Origin: Blasia pusilla
Taxonomy: Eukaryota
NCBI GenBank assembly: GCA_050084515.1
Contig: CM114271.1
Span: 16,988,001 to 17,052,000, forward strand
Reading direction: 5' to 3'
DNA: 64,000 nt
Part shown: positions 39,323 through 51,334 of the stretch, one piece after another
Numbering within the stretch: position 1 is the first letter of the stretch
Layout of the letters: every line of letters starts with the position of its first letter
The notes under the pieces: model-generated
What the model was told of the DNA's origin: nothing
What the model saw: the letters and a program-made list of their open reading frames with translations, nothing else
Database searches by the model: none
Translations under genes and position numbers: made by a program

Positions 39323-41689
39323 GTTGCTACCATGCTTGTACATGTGAACTCTTGCTCACATGTTTGTACACGTGCCAAGGTCATATTTCAACTTTTCCAA
39401 GATGATCCTCAATAGCATGCTAGAGCTACCGCACGACAACCACCTATGTCATTCCACCAATAGATGCCCAATGGAAGTATGCCAATAACTTTGGACTTGA
39501 CCAATCTTATTGGGGAGGTGATACTTCCTCAAAAAATGGGCGGTCTTATTGATTATAGGAAGGCGTAGGCAAAATCTTTCAGTGAGCTTAAGAAACGTCC
39601 GTCAGCCATGGATAGCCGAAATTGACTTACAAGTTTTACTTGCTTTTTATGGCCTTGATACCAAAATTCTCCCGTTTCCTATCCACCTTATTGGCCTTCT
39701 ATCTACTTACTCGTGGAAGCAAAATCAAGTTAAGACATTCAAGGGTGTTCAATTCAGTGAAGTTGATTTAACATGGGAGCAAGGTGCCGGGCACTATGCA
39801 AGATTGACAGGTGACATTAAGCCTCATCAGTTCCAAGAGTCGAGGGTGATCATGAAGCTCATGCTTGAGATGCTTGTAGACTTCTCTTCTGCAAAGGCGA
39901 CACACCTACTAGATTGGTTGAGAGATGCATAGTAAAAACGGACCATATCCAACTCCCTTGATCCTGAGCAACATAGAAGTGTTCAATTGAGAACGTGCGG
40001 GCCACGACATCGTTCAATGATAACCTCTCTGTAGGTCGCACTTCATCGGTGCAGTTGCAAAGCAATAACACCTCCTATCATGGATCCCTTATGCCAGAGT
40101 CTCCTAACAAGAGAAAATATGCTTAGTGGTTTCAAGTAAGGTATGACAATATTGCATGCTCCTGCTCTCAACTACTCATTGGTTTCACTGTAGTGTTCAA
40201 TCTTCTTAAGTTACTCTAGTACGTATGTTCTATCTTTTCTTAAGACTGATTATTACTCTCTTTATTTTTCCCGGAGTTGCTACTGCCTATACATTATCCA
40301 TATAGTCATTTTCTTCAAACAAAAGTTTTTCAAGAAGTTATATGAGCAAGTTGACTACAACATGCTCTACGAGTGTTATAGTGCAACCAACTATATGTGT
40401 TTATCTATACGTTTATGTATCTAGAATGAGCACGCCACTCAGATGATGAAAAAATATGCTTTTATTGACTTATATTAGTTGTTGACAAACTCTCTTTCAA
40501 GCATGAACAATTACAAGTCCCTTATTTGCTCTCATTTTTTCTTTTAAAGTATTGTTCTCAACTATGACAGTGTTCCTACTTTCATACATATGTAGCTACT
40601 TATCCAAGAGTTCACCTCTTTTGATGAGTTCGACATGACAAAGTGGGTCAAGAGTACTTACTATGCAAAAACTTTTGGATAGTGTATACGAGTAATCATG
40701 CCCAAATTAGTGGGAAAGCTCATATTATGGGCAAGTAAAGCCATATGCTAACATTTAATTGAGCCACCCCCAGAGCAGGGACTAAGTGCTGTCCCATCTC
40801 CCAAATCCCGAATAGAATTGATTACATTGGAATTTAGGGAAGTGCATCCAATAATAGAGAAGAGTTGTATATCCATCTTCATGCTAAGGAGGGAGAAATG
40901 TCATATCAATGCAAATAATGTAATAAGATAGGGCATATAGATAGGATAGAGAGTTGGAAAAAGTGTGGGGGTTTTGATCTCTAAAGCCCCATATGGTAGT
41001 GAGAGGTGGATGCGAAAAATTCAAGTGGGTGGTTGAGGTTTGATAATAGGTGGGTAGGAGTTAGGACATGCAAGAATGCAAACTCAGACCAATCTACATA
41101 AGTTCGCGCCTACCTAAAAATTGAGAAATATACAAACGTGAAGCAATTATTGATGTTGATCCAACGTTTGGTCAAGGTTTCCCAATCGTGACCATAAACG
41201 CATGAAATGCTCAACCTTGTTCACGTCTCATCTCTTGTGTCTCTTCCAAAAAGAGACCACTCCAACGCGCAAATTATCCTAGCGTGAGCCCGCTAGAGTT
41301 TGGATGCTTCACTTGCCGCTCGTTTGGTTATGAGGGTCGTGACATGTCTTATCTTAAACCATAACTGGTTCCCTTCAGAGAGAACTATTATCATAAATAT
41401 TTGATGTCACGGACTTTATATGTGTAAGGTGTTAAGGAGAATAAAAGATTCAAGGAGTTTTTTTGAGGCAATTAGAGAATAATATGGCATGGATATGCAA
41501 ACAATCTCAATAAACATCTTAAAATAATATTATGAAGGAATAGATTATACCATAGAATGGTAGAATTCCCAATATTTGAAGTGGAAGGATAGAGTCTAGT
41601 TCATACCAGCCATAGACCATCTCATATTGCTTCATCATCTGAAAAAAAAAAAATATAAAAATAATTAATTAAATAAATATATTGATATT

Positions 41690-41778
41690 TATATTTATAT
41701 ATATATATATCAATATATATATCAATACTTGATATATATATATATACCCCCTTATATATATATCAATACTTGATATCT
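41690..41778. repeat. (AT)n-rich microsatellite with repeated ATATCAATACTTGATAT
   Basis: Directly visible. Confidence 0.75.
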
Positions 41779-41930
41779 CATAGACACATATGGCATAATC
41801 TTCCTTGTAGGTTTCCATAACTAAGGTGCGAGAATATATTTCTTAGTATGGTTTAGAGTATATCTTAATATTCTAATATTTGGTGTGAGAATAAAAAATG
41901 TGATTAGATCATTAAAATATATTACAAATC

Positions 41931-42297
41931 TTGAAGATACAAAGTGGCCTACTGCATCCATGTGCTGTAAGTCGAGCTTCAATGGAACTTGAACTTGGAG
42001 ATAACTCAACATATGAGAATGCCCATATCGTTATAACTCTTCCATTATTTGACTATTCAAAAAACTAGAGTTTTGAACTATTTTATTAATTTCTACTAAT
42101 AGAAAAAAATTTTCATCATAGGGTTAGATGATCAAAATAAGTTAATAATACTACTCCATAAACCATCGAAGTCATATTATTATGGTTTCTTTCACGTCTA
42201 AGTCAGAACTATCAATCTAAGCTTCTCCTCATATAAGGGGGACAATTGCATCAATGGTGCACATCAAGAAGTGGATGTTGAGAATCCAACATTTGGG
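41931..42297 (+). repeat. Dispersed repeat (~370 bp), copy B
   Basis: Collinear with 22825-23190. Confidence 0.85.
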
Positions 42298-45200
42298 ACT
42301 AATAGTTGAACTTAAGATGGTTAAGAACCTTCGAATTGAAGACCTTGATTTAATCGAAAATACACTATATCATATTCTATGTTTGGAAATTTTAATGTTA
42401 TTGAAGATATAAAGACATATAAGTCACACATAATATAATACATTCCAAAATATTTTTATTATAATTAATAATAAAATAGAATAGATAAGAATGAAAATAA
42501 TGAGAGTATATCGAGATTGATATTAGACAATAAATTTTAAAAATGATACATATTACATTAGCGACTCTAGTTCATGGCTTGTGCAATATATGAAAAAAAT
42601 TTAAAATCCCAAAAAATATTCATAAGAAAAGAAAAGAAAAAAGTCTTCATAACTAAAATTATCATCAATATTATTGTAAGGATAAAATTAGCATGAGTAA
42701 TTTTGGATTAAAAAAAAAGACACAAAAATTTTATTCATTGTTTCAAATTCCTTAACACCTAACTGGACTAAAAAGTATAGAAATAAGAAGTGGAATCCAT
42801 TCTTACCGCTCAATCCATAAAATATCATTTTATTTCTTACATTTAGATTATTATTTGTGTTTATATATAAGAATTATGTGTCTTCTTGCATATTAAGATC
42901 AATCTCTCCTATGTTAAACTTTCAATTAACACTTGGAACTTTGCATACTTACGGTTCCATTTCATAAGAGGTATTTATTAATCTTTTATATTTGTTCCTA
43001 TATTATTGAACCATAATCTTATATACTTGTTCCTATCTTACATTTGTTCTTATATTCATTTTTAATAATGATAAGAGAATATATGCTATTCTATGAACAT
43101 AAGTAAAATTGCATGTAATATGTTTTATATATACATGGTATTTATCTATTTAAGATCCTCAATTTAGAAAGATGTAATCCATTGTGAAAAAAATTTGATG
43201 TGTAAATTTATTATATTCTTAAGAAAAAATAGACCATGTATTTCCATATTATAAATAAATATAAAATTTATGATTTTCCATAAATTTATATGACATGATA
43301 ATTTTGGAATTAGAAATTGGTTAAATATTAAAGAGAGACTGACAACATAAGGTTATAAGAAAGAGAAGAAGAAGTTGCGAAGGTTTGAAGAAAGAGATGG
43401 TGTCATTATAAAAGTTAGAGAGGATTTAGATGGATCCGATACAAAATCAAATATGCTTATGATCAAGGTACTATTATGATGATGGAAGCATACATTTCCA
43501 TACCATCAAAATTTGTGATCCATCATAATCATTATGACATGAGTTATATTAATAGTTTAATTCATTACGTTTTGGGTCAGAAGGATCTCTTATACTATCT
43601 TTATGATTCTCTTAGAATTGCTCAAGCATTCCTTTATAGTATGGATAGATTTAGTGGATTAAATTGATTTTTTTGCAAGATACATGAGCTCTACCTATTC
43701 TTATTTAAGGGAGAACTTTACAATTTTAATTAAGCTTTCTTGAAAAAAGGGTTTTGGCACAATATAATCAAAGGATAGAATACAAAAAAAGGAATTCATT
43801 TAGAATACTTTAAGAATATAAATTGAAGAATGTATTTGGAATAAATTTTATTTAATCGATTCAAAAAGATTAATTTAAATAAGATGCTAATGCCTCGGAA
43901 AAACATTCATCTACATTCCTTCCTTTTGGAAATAATAAATATTTAACAAGAAAGTTAATGAAATCCAAAATATTACATATCAGAGAAATTTCCAAAACAT
44001 AACAATATTTTAATCTTGTAATATCTAAATCAACGGAGCAAAATTTTTCCAGATAAAGGAGCTTAGAAAATCTTGAATTCAAATGATCGAATTTGAAATT
44101 AACAATGTACATTTGGAGAGATTTGTACTATGGCTAGAAAGATAGACATTCGATGAATGAATTTCCACATGAAAAAGATTGTATCAAAATAATCATATCT
44201 ATTTCCTTATGATTAAATATCCCTTATCTTATTAAGATTTTATTTTTCTTCTAAAAATATCCAGATGAAATTGATATCTTAAAACAATCTCTAATACTTG
44301 AAAGTTTTGGTTTATAAAGTAGTACATTATCATATGAATGTTAAAATAGTCTATATAAATATATCAATCATACGTGCATCTTTTATTTTCTATCTTATAG
44401 TCTAGGCACAAATTTGTAGGGTTATGGCACATAAGTAATTCTCTATAAGCCAATCCTATCATTATTAACTTGGTTTCTAATGCTATGTATTAATTTCTTG
44501 TTATGTTATTTTTTTTGAAAATTTCCATACCGTATCAATGGTTTGGGAAACAAGATACGCAAACATAAATATGCAAGAGTCATTCTCAAATTTTCTCGAT
44601 CATCTATTTCCCAAAGTCGACTTAAGTGTAAATGGATTTCTATAAGGTTTATAATTTATAGCATTAAATTTATCAAGAGATTGTAAAGATGAAATGCCAT
44701 GAAACATAAGCATACATCCTAGACATGGTTTTCCACTTTGTGCATGTGGACTGGGAATCTCACAGACAGAATGAACAAGACCAAGATCAATGTGACAATC
44801 AGACATGGATGTAGGGTATTAAAAGTCGGCAGGGAGGAAGGATGTAAAAACGTTCATAAGGACAAAACCGAGACCAATGGATGGACAAGCTGTAGGACAA
44901 AATGGTTGAGGTTGTAAGACATGATCGTAACACCCTAATGCTAGATAAGACATGGAAACAAAAACTACTAACATTGGATTTGATCATGTTTCTCTTTTGC
45001 CGACAATACCTATGAAAATTCATGCAAAGATTATTCAATTCCCAAGATTAAAAGAAATGGTGCCACTTATAGAGGATACACTATAACAAGAATCACAACA
45101 ATTGAGCAAAACTCGTAGATAACCTAACGAACTCCCTAAATAGCCATTCTTTCCATGGGAGGAGAGGGGGGGAGATAAAGAAAACACTAAATTTTCGGCA

Positions 45201-45449
45201 AAAGAATACATTTAGAAAAAATCCACACGAACCGAAATCCCTTTGGCAACAAAATATTAATTAGAAATAAATACAAAAGAATTCCTGAAATTAATATCCT
45301 CCGGTGACAAGTATAAGAATAGTACGAGAATGATAATATCCCTCGGTACAATACATTAATAGAGGGAAATTATCCGGAGCGGAAAAAAAAAAAACAAACA
45401 AAGAAACGAACGCTACTAAAAGAAGGAGATATGCTCGTGCGGTCAACAA

Positions 45450-47364
45450 CTTCTGTGGACTCGGGATTATTTGGTTGGATTTAGTTATTTAAGAAAGAAA
45501 GGGAGAAAACGTTCGTAATCAATTAATTCGAATTAATCGGGCGAAAATCTGACCGTGCACGGAGTAAAACGGATTTGTTACCAGCCGGATGGATGTCGAC
45601 GATTGATTAGTTAATTAATAATTAATTAATTAGTCGCCGATCGACCGACTAGCGAGGTGAACGGAGGAGGCTTGGGGAGCCTGGCGAGGACCGCAAGGGA
45701 GGAAGGAATAGGGGTCGGGGCCACGCACAGTGTAGTGTACTGTAGTGGAGCAGTGGCGGTGGTGGTGTACTGTACAGAGCGCCGCAGAGGTGCGAGGAAG
45801 TCCGAGGGACGGACGGGAGTTTTAATTCAAAGGTCCAGTTTTGGACTGTCTGGGGCTGTCGCTGGTCGGGATAGTGATGGTGGTGGTGGTGCGGGCGGTG
45901 GCGGTAGAAGGAGTTGTCCGGATGGCACCGGACCCGATCACGCGAGGCCAGCGCTGCTACAGGGAGAGCGGACGGAGCGGAGAGAGGAAAAGGGACGGAC
46001 GGAAGAGAGAGAGAGAGAGAGAGGGATGCAGAAACGAGGAGAGGGTAAATTATCGGGTAGTAATCCGCATCGCCAGAAGCGCGTGGATGAGAGCGGGAGG
46101 GGAGGTGATGGAGCGAGCGTGAGGGAAGAGCGGGCGCACGCGATCGATGAGTCGAGTCACCGGTTTATGCTCGCGCGGTGGGGTAGAGATCATCCGCTGT
46201 CTTTGTCGTCCTCCCACCTCCCATTTGTTGTCTTTATGCCGCTTCGCACTCGGCAGCTCGAGTCCCCGTCGTGCTTCTGACTTTTTCTCTGTTTCCAGTA
46301 GAAATAGTGAGCGAGTGAGTGAGAGGGAGAGAGAGAGAGAGAGTGGGGCCATGCGTGCCTGGGTTCCCGGCAGAAGCGTCATCCCATCCACTGCCGCTGC
46401 AGCTGCGCCTCTTTATCTTGCGTGGGGTTCGATCGGGGAACCCCTCGCTGGCTGTTGTGCGTGTATATGTCTGGGTGGGAAGAGGAGATCATGCCCGCTC
46501 GAGATATCATCCTGCGTTCCTGCTTGCTCGCTCGCCTGCTTTCTTTCATGACATGATCCGCTTTCCGCTGCTGTGGGTTCTCTTGCTTTCGCGTCTCACC
46601 CACGGACGGACTCCTCGTTTCGTCGAGGAGGGCTTTCTTTCTGTCGTGTGAAAGGTTCTCGAGGTCATTCAATCGGAGGCCGCCTTTTTAGGGGGTTGGG
46701 TTTACTTTCTGCAGTTTGGCGGGTCGAGACGAGACCTGCCTCGCTCACCTACCCACCGACTGACGCACATCCTCACAGGAGGAGGAGGAGGACGAGGAGA
46801 AGAAGCAGGAGAAGTGGCGTCTTTCGGCTTTGTGATGCCGTTATCGCATGGCGTGAGCATCCGTTCGTGGTTTCGTTCTCTTCCGCAGCGTAGTGTGTCG
46901 GGCGGTGACGCGAGAGCGTATATTAGCGTCTTCTTGCGTCGGGGCGGCACCTCTGAGCACCCGTAGGCGAATTGCTAGAATCCGTGGGGGGCTTCAGGTC
47001 GTGGCGGAGCATGGATCGGACTTAGGAGCGTGGAATTTGGGACGATTCGCTCTTGTTCTTGGCGTCCTCGTCTGCCCTCGCTCTTGGTCCAATCCCTCTC
47101 TGGTTTGTGTCTCCATTCCTCTCTCGCTCTGGCTCCCAAGAAGCGGTGGGCAGCGCTCCCGTCGACAGGTGCCGCATCTTGCTGCGTTTCGAATCGACGT
47201 GCTCTGTCGGTGCGCCGGGCTTAGGACGTGGGAGCGTCGAGCTGGAGGTCACGAGGGAGCTCTTGGGTGTGCAGTCTCTCCTTCGTGAGTCACACCGAGG
47301 CTTTCTCCCATCCGCCAAAATTGCCAAAATTGCGCCTCCGCTCTCCGGTTCGTTCGCTTTTGGA
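45450..47364 (+). promoter_or_regulatory. CpG-rich promoter / long 5' leader of the ARF gene with GA repeats
   Basis: GC-rich block directly upstream of the ATG; (GA)n at ~46005-46023 and ~46320-46343; no domain-bearing ORF. TSS cannot be placed from sequence. Confidence 0.55.
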
Positions 47365-50271
47365 ATGCCCGGGCCAAGCCCCGGGTGTGGCACAATGAAC
47401 GGGGCTAACATCAAGATGGAGAAATCTGAGGAGTCGATGGGCGGAGGGAAAGGCTGGGGCGGCGGTGGCGGTGGTAGAGATCGAGATTCCTCCTCTGATG
47501 GAGGAGGAGTTGGAGGTTCAGGAGACAACACGGGTTTGGATCCGCAGCTTTGGCATGCCTGCGCAGGAGGGATGGTTCAACTCCCACCTGTGGGGGCGAA
47601 GGTGATATACTTTCCTCAAGGCCATGGAGAGCAAGCTGCGACTCCGCCCGAATTCCCCAGGATAATGGGGCCGCAGGGAACAATTCCTTGCAGAGTTGTT
47701 TCCGTTAGCTTCCTGGCGGATACAGAGACGGACGAGGTGTACGCCCGCATCCGCCTGCAACCTCTGCAATCCGAGCCTTCCATGTCGCACTCGGACTCAT
47801 CTCTGGACGCCGATGGAACCCCTTCCTCTCCGCCCCCGGAGAAGCCGGCATCGTTCGCCAAGACGCTCACGCAGAGCGATGCCAACAACGGGGGAGGATT
47901 CTCCGTCCCGCGCTACTGCGCAGAGACCATATTTCCCCCTCTCGATTACTCGATCGATCCGCCGGTGCAGACCGTACTGGCGAAAGATGTGCACGGGGAA
48001 AGGTGGAAGTTTCGTCACATTTACAGAGGCACCCCTCGCAGGCATCTGCTGACCACAGGTTGGAGTACTTTTGTGAACCAGAAGAAGCTGGTCGCGGGAG
48101 ACGCCATTGTGTTCCTCCGCACGGCGAGCGGGGAGCTCTGCGTGGGAGTGAGGAGGTCCATGCGCGGCACGGGTGGCACCGATTCGTCGACCTGGTCGGG
48201 CGGATCTTCGACCTCGCACCATCGACCTAATCGCTGGGAGCTCAAGGGAACGGAGAGTTTCTCGGACTTTCTGGGCGGGGAGGGTGCAGCCGGCGTGCCC
48301 ATGTCTTCGAGCGGTAGTGCAGGTGGGTCGAGGGGCCCGGGGAATAGCAGCGCGGGCCCTGGGATCGGCATTCCCGGCCCCTCGACCACGAGCAGCTTCG
48401 CAAGAAACCGGGCCCGAGTGACAGCCCAGTCGGTGCTGGAAGCAGCCTCGCTAGCGATTGCAGGCCAGCCGTTCGAAGTGGTGTATTACCCGAGGGCGAG
48501 CACCGCCGAGTTCTGCGTCAAGGAGCAGGCGGTGAAATCGGCCCTCGATCACACATGGTATCCAGGCATGAGGTTCAAGATGGCTTTCGAGACCGAGGAT
48601 TCGTCGAGAATTAGCTGGTTCATGGGCACCATTGCATCCGTGCAGCCTGCCGACTCGCTGTGGCCCAAGTCCCCTTGGCGTGTTCTTCAGGTGCGGAATT
48701 CTTCCCCTCAACTCATCTGACCCCTCCTCCTTCTCCTTCTCCTCCTCTTCCGCTTCCGCTCACCCCGAAGAGAGCCGCGGACGTCGTCGACGCTCCCCCG
48801 CATGTGCGCCGGCCCTCCGACGCCGAGAGTGCGGAGCGGATGGAGCGTCGCCCAGGACGACCGCGCGCGATTTCCGGTGGCCCCGATGGAATTCTCGCTC
48901 GTTTTGATGATCAGCGGCCGATTCGGCCTTAGAGCTCGTGACCGACCGACGACTGACTCCGGTGACTCGATTCGTGCAGGTGACTTGGGACGAACCGGAC
49001 CTGCTCCAAGGAGTCAGCCGAGTGAGCCCCTGGCAAGTGGAGTTAGTGTCGACGTTGCCCATGCAATTGCCTCCCTTCTCCCTTCCGAAGAAGAAGCTGA
49101 GGGCTGCTCAGCCCTCAGAGTTGAACATCCAAGGTCAAGGGCTGATGGGAATGCCCATCGGAGCTCTACCTAGTGTATTCGGGCAAATCAACCCCTGGGT
49201 GCAGGGACTTACCATGGAGGAAGTTTCTGCGGGCATGCAGGGAGCCAGGCATGATCGAGTTTTTGGGCTTGCCTTGCCGGAGAAATTCCGGCAGGGTAAA
49301 ATCCATGGTACTTTTTTCCCAGCAGACAGCTACTATCATCCAGATAATGCTGGACGAGGCGGTGTGGGAGAACACCACTCTGGTGCATTCTCACACCAGG
49401 ATCGTGCGAACAATCTTACCTCCTTGATTAGCTCGATGGGCAGCGTTCCTCCCAGTGACCACGGCCCGGCTGGCACGCTGATCGTCCCAGCGTCGTGGAC
49501 CGGGGGCCCTACAATCAAAAGCGCGTCTACGTTTGTGCTGTTCGGCCAAGCGATCAACACCGACTCCAACAAAAGCCAACCTCAACATTCCGGTGGGAGT
49601 TCGTCCGACGGCCCTTCCCTCCAGCACTTGAAGGAGGAATCTTCGGCCAAGAGGAAGGGTTCGCCCTCGGGCTCAATTCTGTCCGAGGGGCACATGGAGA
49701 GGGCGCAGAAGTTCCTGGCCGGAGGTTTGAGCAACGGGAAGCAGACGGATTCTAAATTGTCCGAGAATCTCAAATGGGTGTCTGGTTTGGACAAGGACCG
49801 AGCTGGAGAGAAGAGAGCTTCATCCCCCGGCGAGTGCTTCTCGCACTGCAAAGTCTTCAGAGAAAACGATGAGGTCGGACGGACCGTCGACCTTTCCCAA
49901 TTCTCTTCCTACGACCAACTCCACGAGAGGCTGGGGGCGATGTTCAGCCTCGAGCACGAGTTGCCGCTGAACGCGATAGTGTACAGAGACGGTGAAAATC
50001 ACACACGAGCCGTGGGTTGCGAGCCTTACAGGTACTCCCTCCTACTCCGAACCTGCAGTTTTGTTCCCCTCTTAGATTCGGTCTTACCGATGGGCAGGGA
50101 TTGATTCGCGTGCACCGCGGACTGCCGCACTCCGTTTTCGCTTGTGTTCCTAACCGCGAAGTATATGCTCATGCCGTTTGTTGCCTTGCGCACAGGAACT
50201 TCGCGAATTCGGCGAGGCGGCTTATCATCCGCGGAGACCAGCCGAGCAATGGGACGGCGCGGTCGCAATAG
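47365..50271 (+). CDS. ARF3: Class C auxin response factor (ARF10/16/17 clade; liverwort ARF3-like); join(47365..48690,48980..50031,50196..50271), 817 aa
   Basis: LDPQLWHACAGGMVQ (DD1), B3 domain SFAKTLTQSDANNGGGFSVPRYCAETIFP..RHIYRGTPRRHLLTTGWSTFVNQKKLVAGD, ARF domain PFEVVYYPRAST..GMRFKMAFETEDSSRISWFMGT..WRVLQ|VTWDEP..RVSPWQVE, AGMQGARH (miR160 site), VLFGQ motif, PB1-like HCKVF..VGRTVDLS. GT..AG introns join in frame (2454 nt). Start ATG could alternatively be a downstream Met. Confidence 0.96.
49231..49251 (+). promoter_or_regulatory. miR160 target site
   Basis: GGGCATGCAGGGAGCCAGGCA is complementary to miR160 (UGCCUGGCUCCCUGUAUGCCA) with one G:U and a terminal mismatch; diagnostic of class C ARFs. 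Confidence 0.95.
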
Positions 50272-51135
50272 CCTTCAACCGCGTTGCCGTGAATGGGGAT
50301 GGATTCCTCCGGTCTCGTCAAACGAGGCCTTGTAGGCACGATGGCTTTTCGGATTCGATGGCCTTGGGAATGTTGGTCACAGAAAACATCCGGAGTACAC
50401 TCTAGGGTTCCATCTTTTGTTGAGATGTAGTTCGTTCAAATCTTGGTCGAGTCTCCGGGCAAGTTCCTCCAGCAAGTTTCTGACTCGGAAAGTTGGTGCT
50501 CTCACGCGGGCGCAAAACGCCCAGCTCTCTGCACAATGCTGACCCTCTCCCTAGTGTACAGTTATCTTAGTTGAGGCGTAGCGATGGCTGCCGCTTAGTT
50601 TCTAGCTGATTCGCGAAGGCCTGGCTTTCTCCCTCCGTGGCCACCATTCGTCCGGCGTAGAAGAATGTGTGGCAGGTTGTGGAGGGGTTACGATGGCGTT
50701 TTTCTCGAGCAACAATGATCATGTATTCTTGACTTGAATAATGCGAGTGACAGGATTTAAACCTCTCCTCGCAGGGGTGCAACGGCGGTGGAAAACTGCC
50801 GCATTTGGCTCTCTTGGGAGCTTTTTTTTTCTTCCGAGGATACGGATGGAATACGTCCCCTTCGAAGATTACACACCTACCCCTGTGATAGTGTAGGCGG
50901 CCATGTCCGCATGGAAACCCCGGGGCGTCATGAAGTCGGGCGAGTTCGAGTCCAGGGACAGATAGAGCGTAAGCAACGGAGCAACAGTCTCTGGTAGCCA
51001 AATTTTTAATGCAGTAGTTATTGTGCAGGTGTAATCCACGGCCTTTTACCTTGTACAGAGTTCAATTTTTAACATTCAACGCGGAGAAGACGTTTCCCAG
51101 TCTTTGTTCGTCCGGTGTGTCGCCCACAAGATTGA

Positions 51136-51334
51136 TTTCCTCCGGGGGGATGCATCTACTCTGTTGCCACTTTCCTATTCGGGATGGCCAAGATTGTTAG
51201 GGCTCGCGGGTTCTTTGGCCCCCCACTTTCCTTTGTATCCCGATGTGTTTTCCATCCCAGTTTCTATTGAAGTGTATCTTTCCTCCGGGGGAATGCATGC
51301 ACTCTGTTGCCACTTTCCTGTTCGGGATTGCCAA
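51136..51334. repeat. 56-bp direct repeat (51136-51191, 51279-51334) downstream of ARF
   Basis: TTTCCTCCGGGGG..ATGCAT..ACTCTGTTGCCACTTTCCT.TTCGGGAT.GCCAA; 5 mismatches by eye. Confidence 0.85.

Noticed and set aside
47053-47364. 104-aa N-terminal extension of the ARF in the ORF track
   Set aside because: Starts at a non-ATG codon and is not ARF-like; first in-frame ATG is 47365.
50882-50963. tRNA-like A box (TAGTGTAGGCGG) and B box (GTTCGAGTCC)
   Set aside because: T-stem and acceptor stem do not pair; no cloverleaf.
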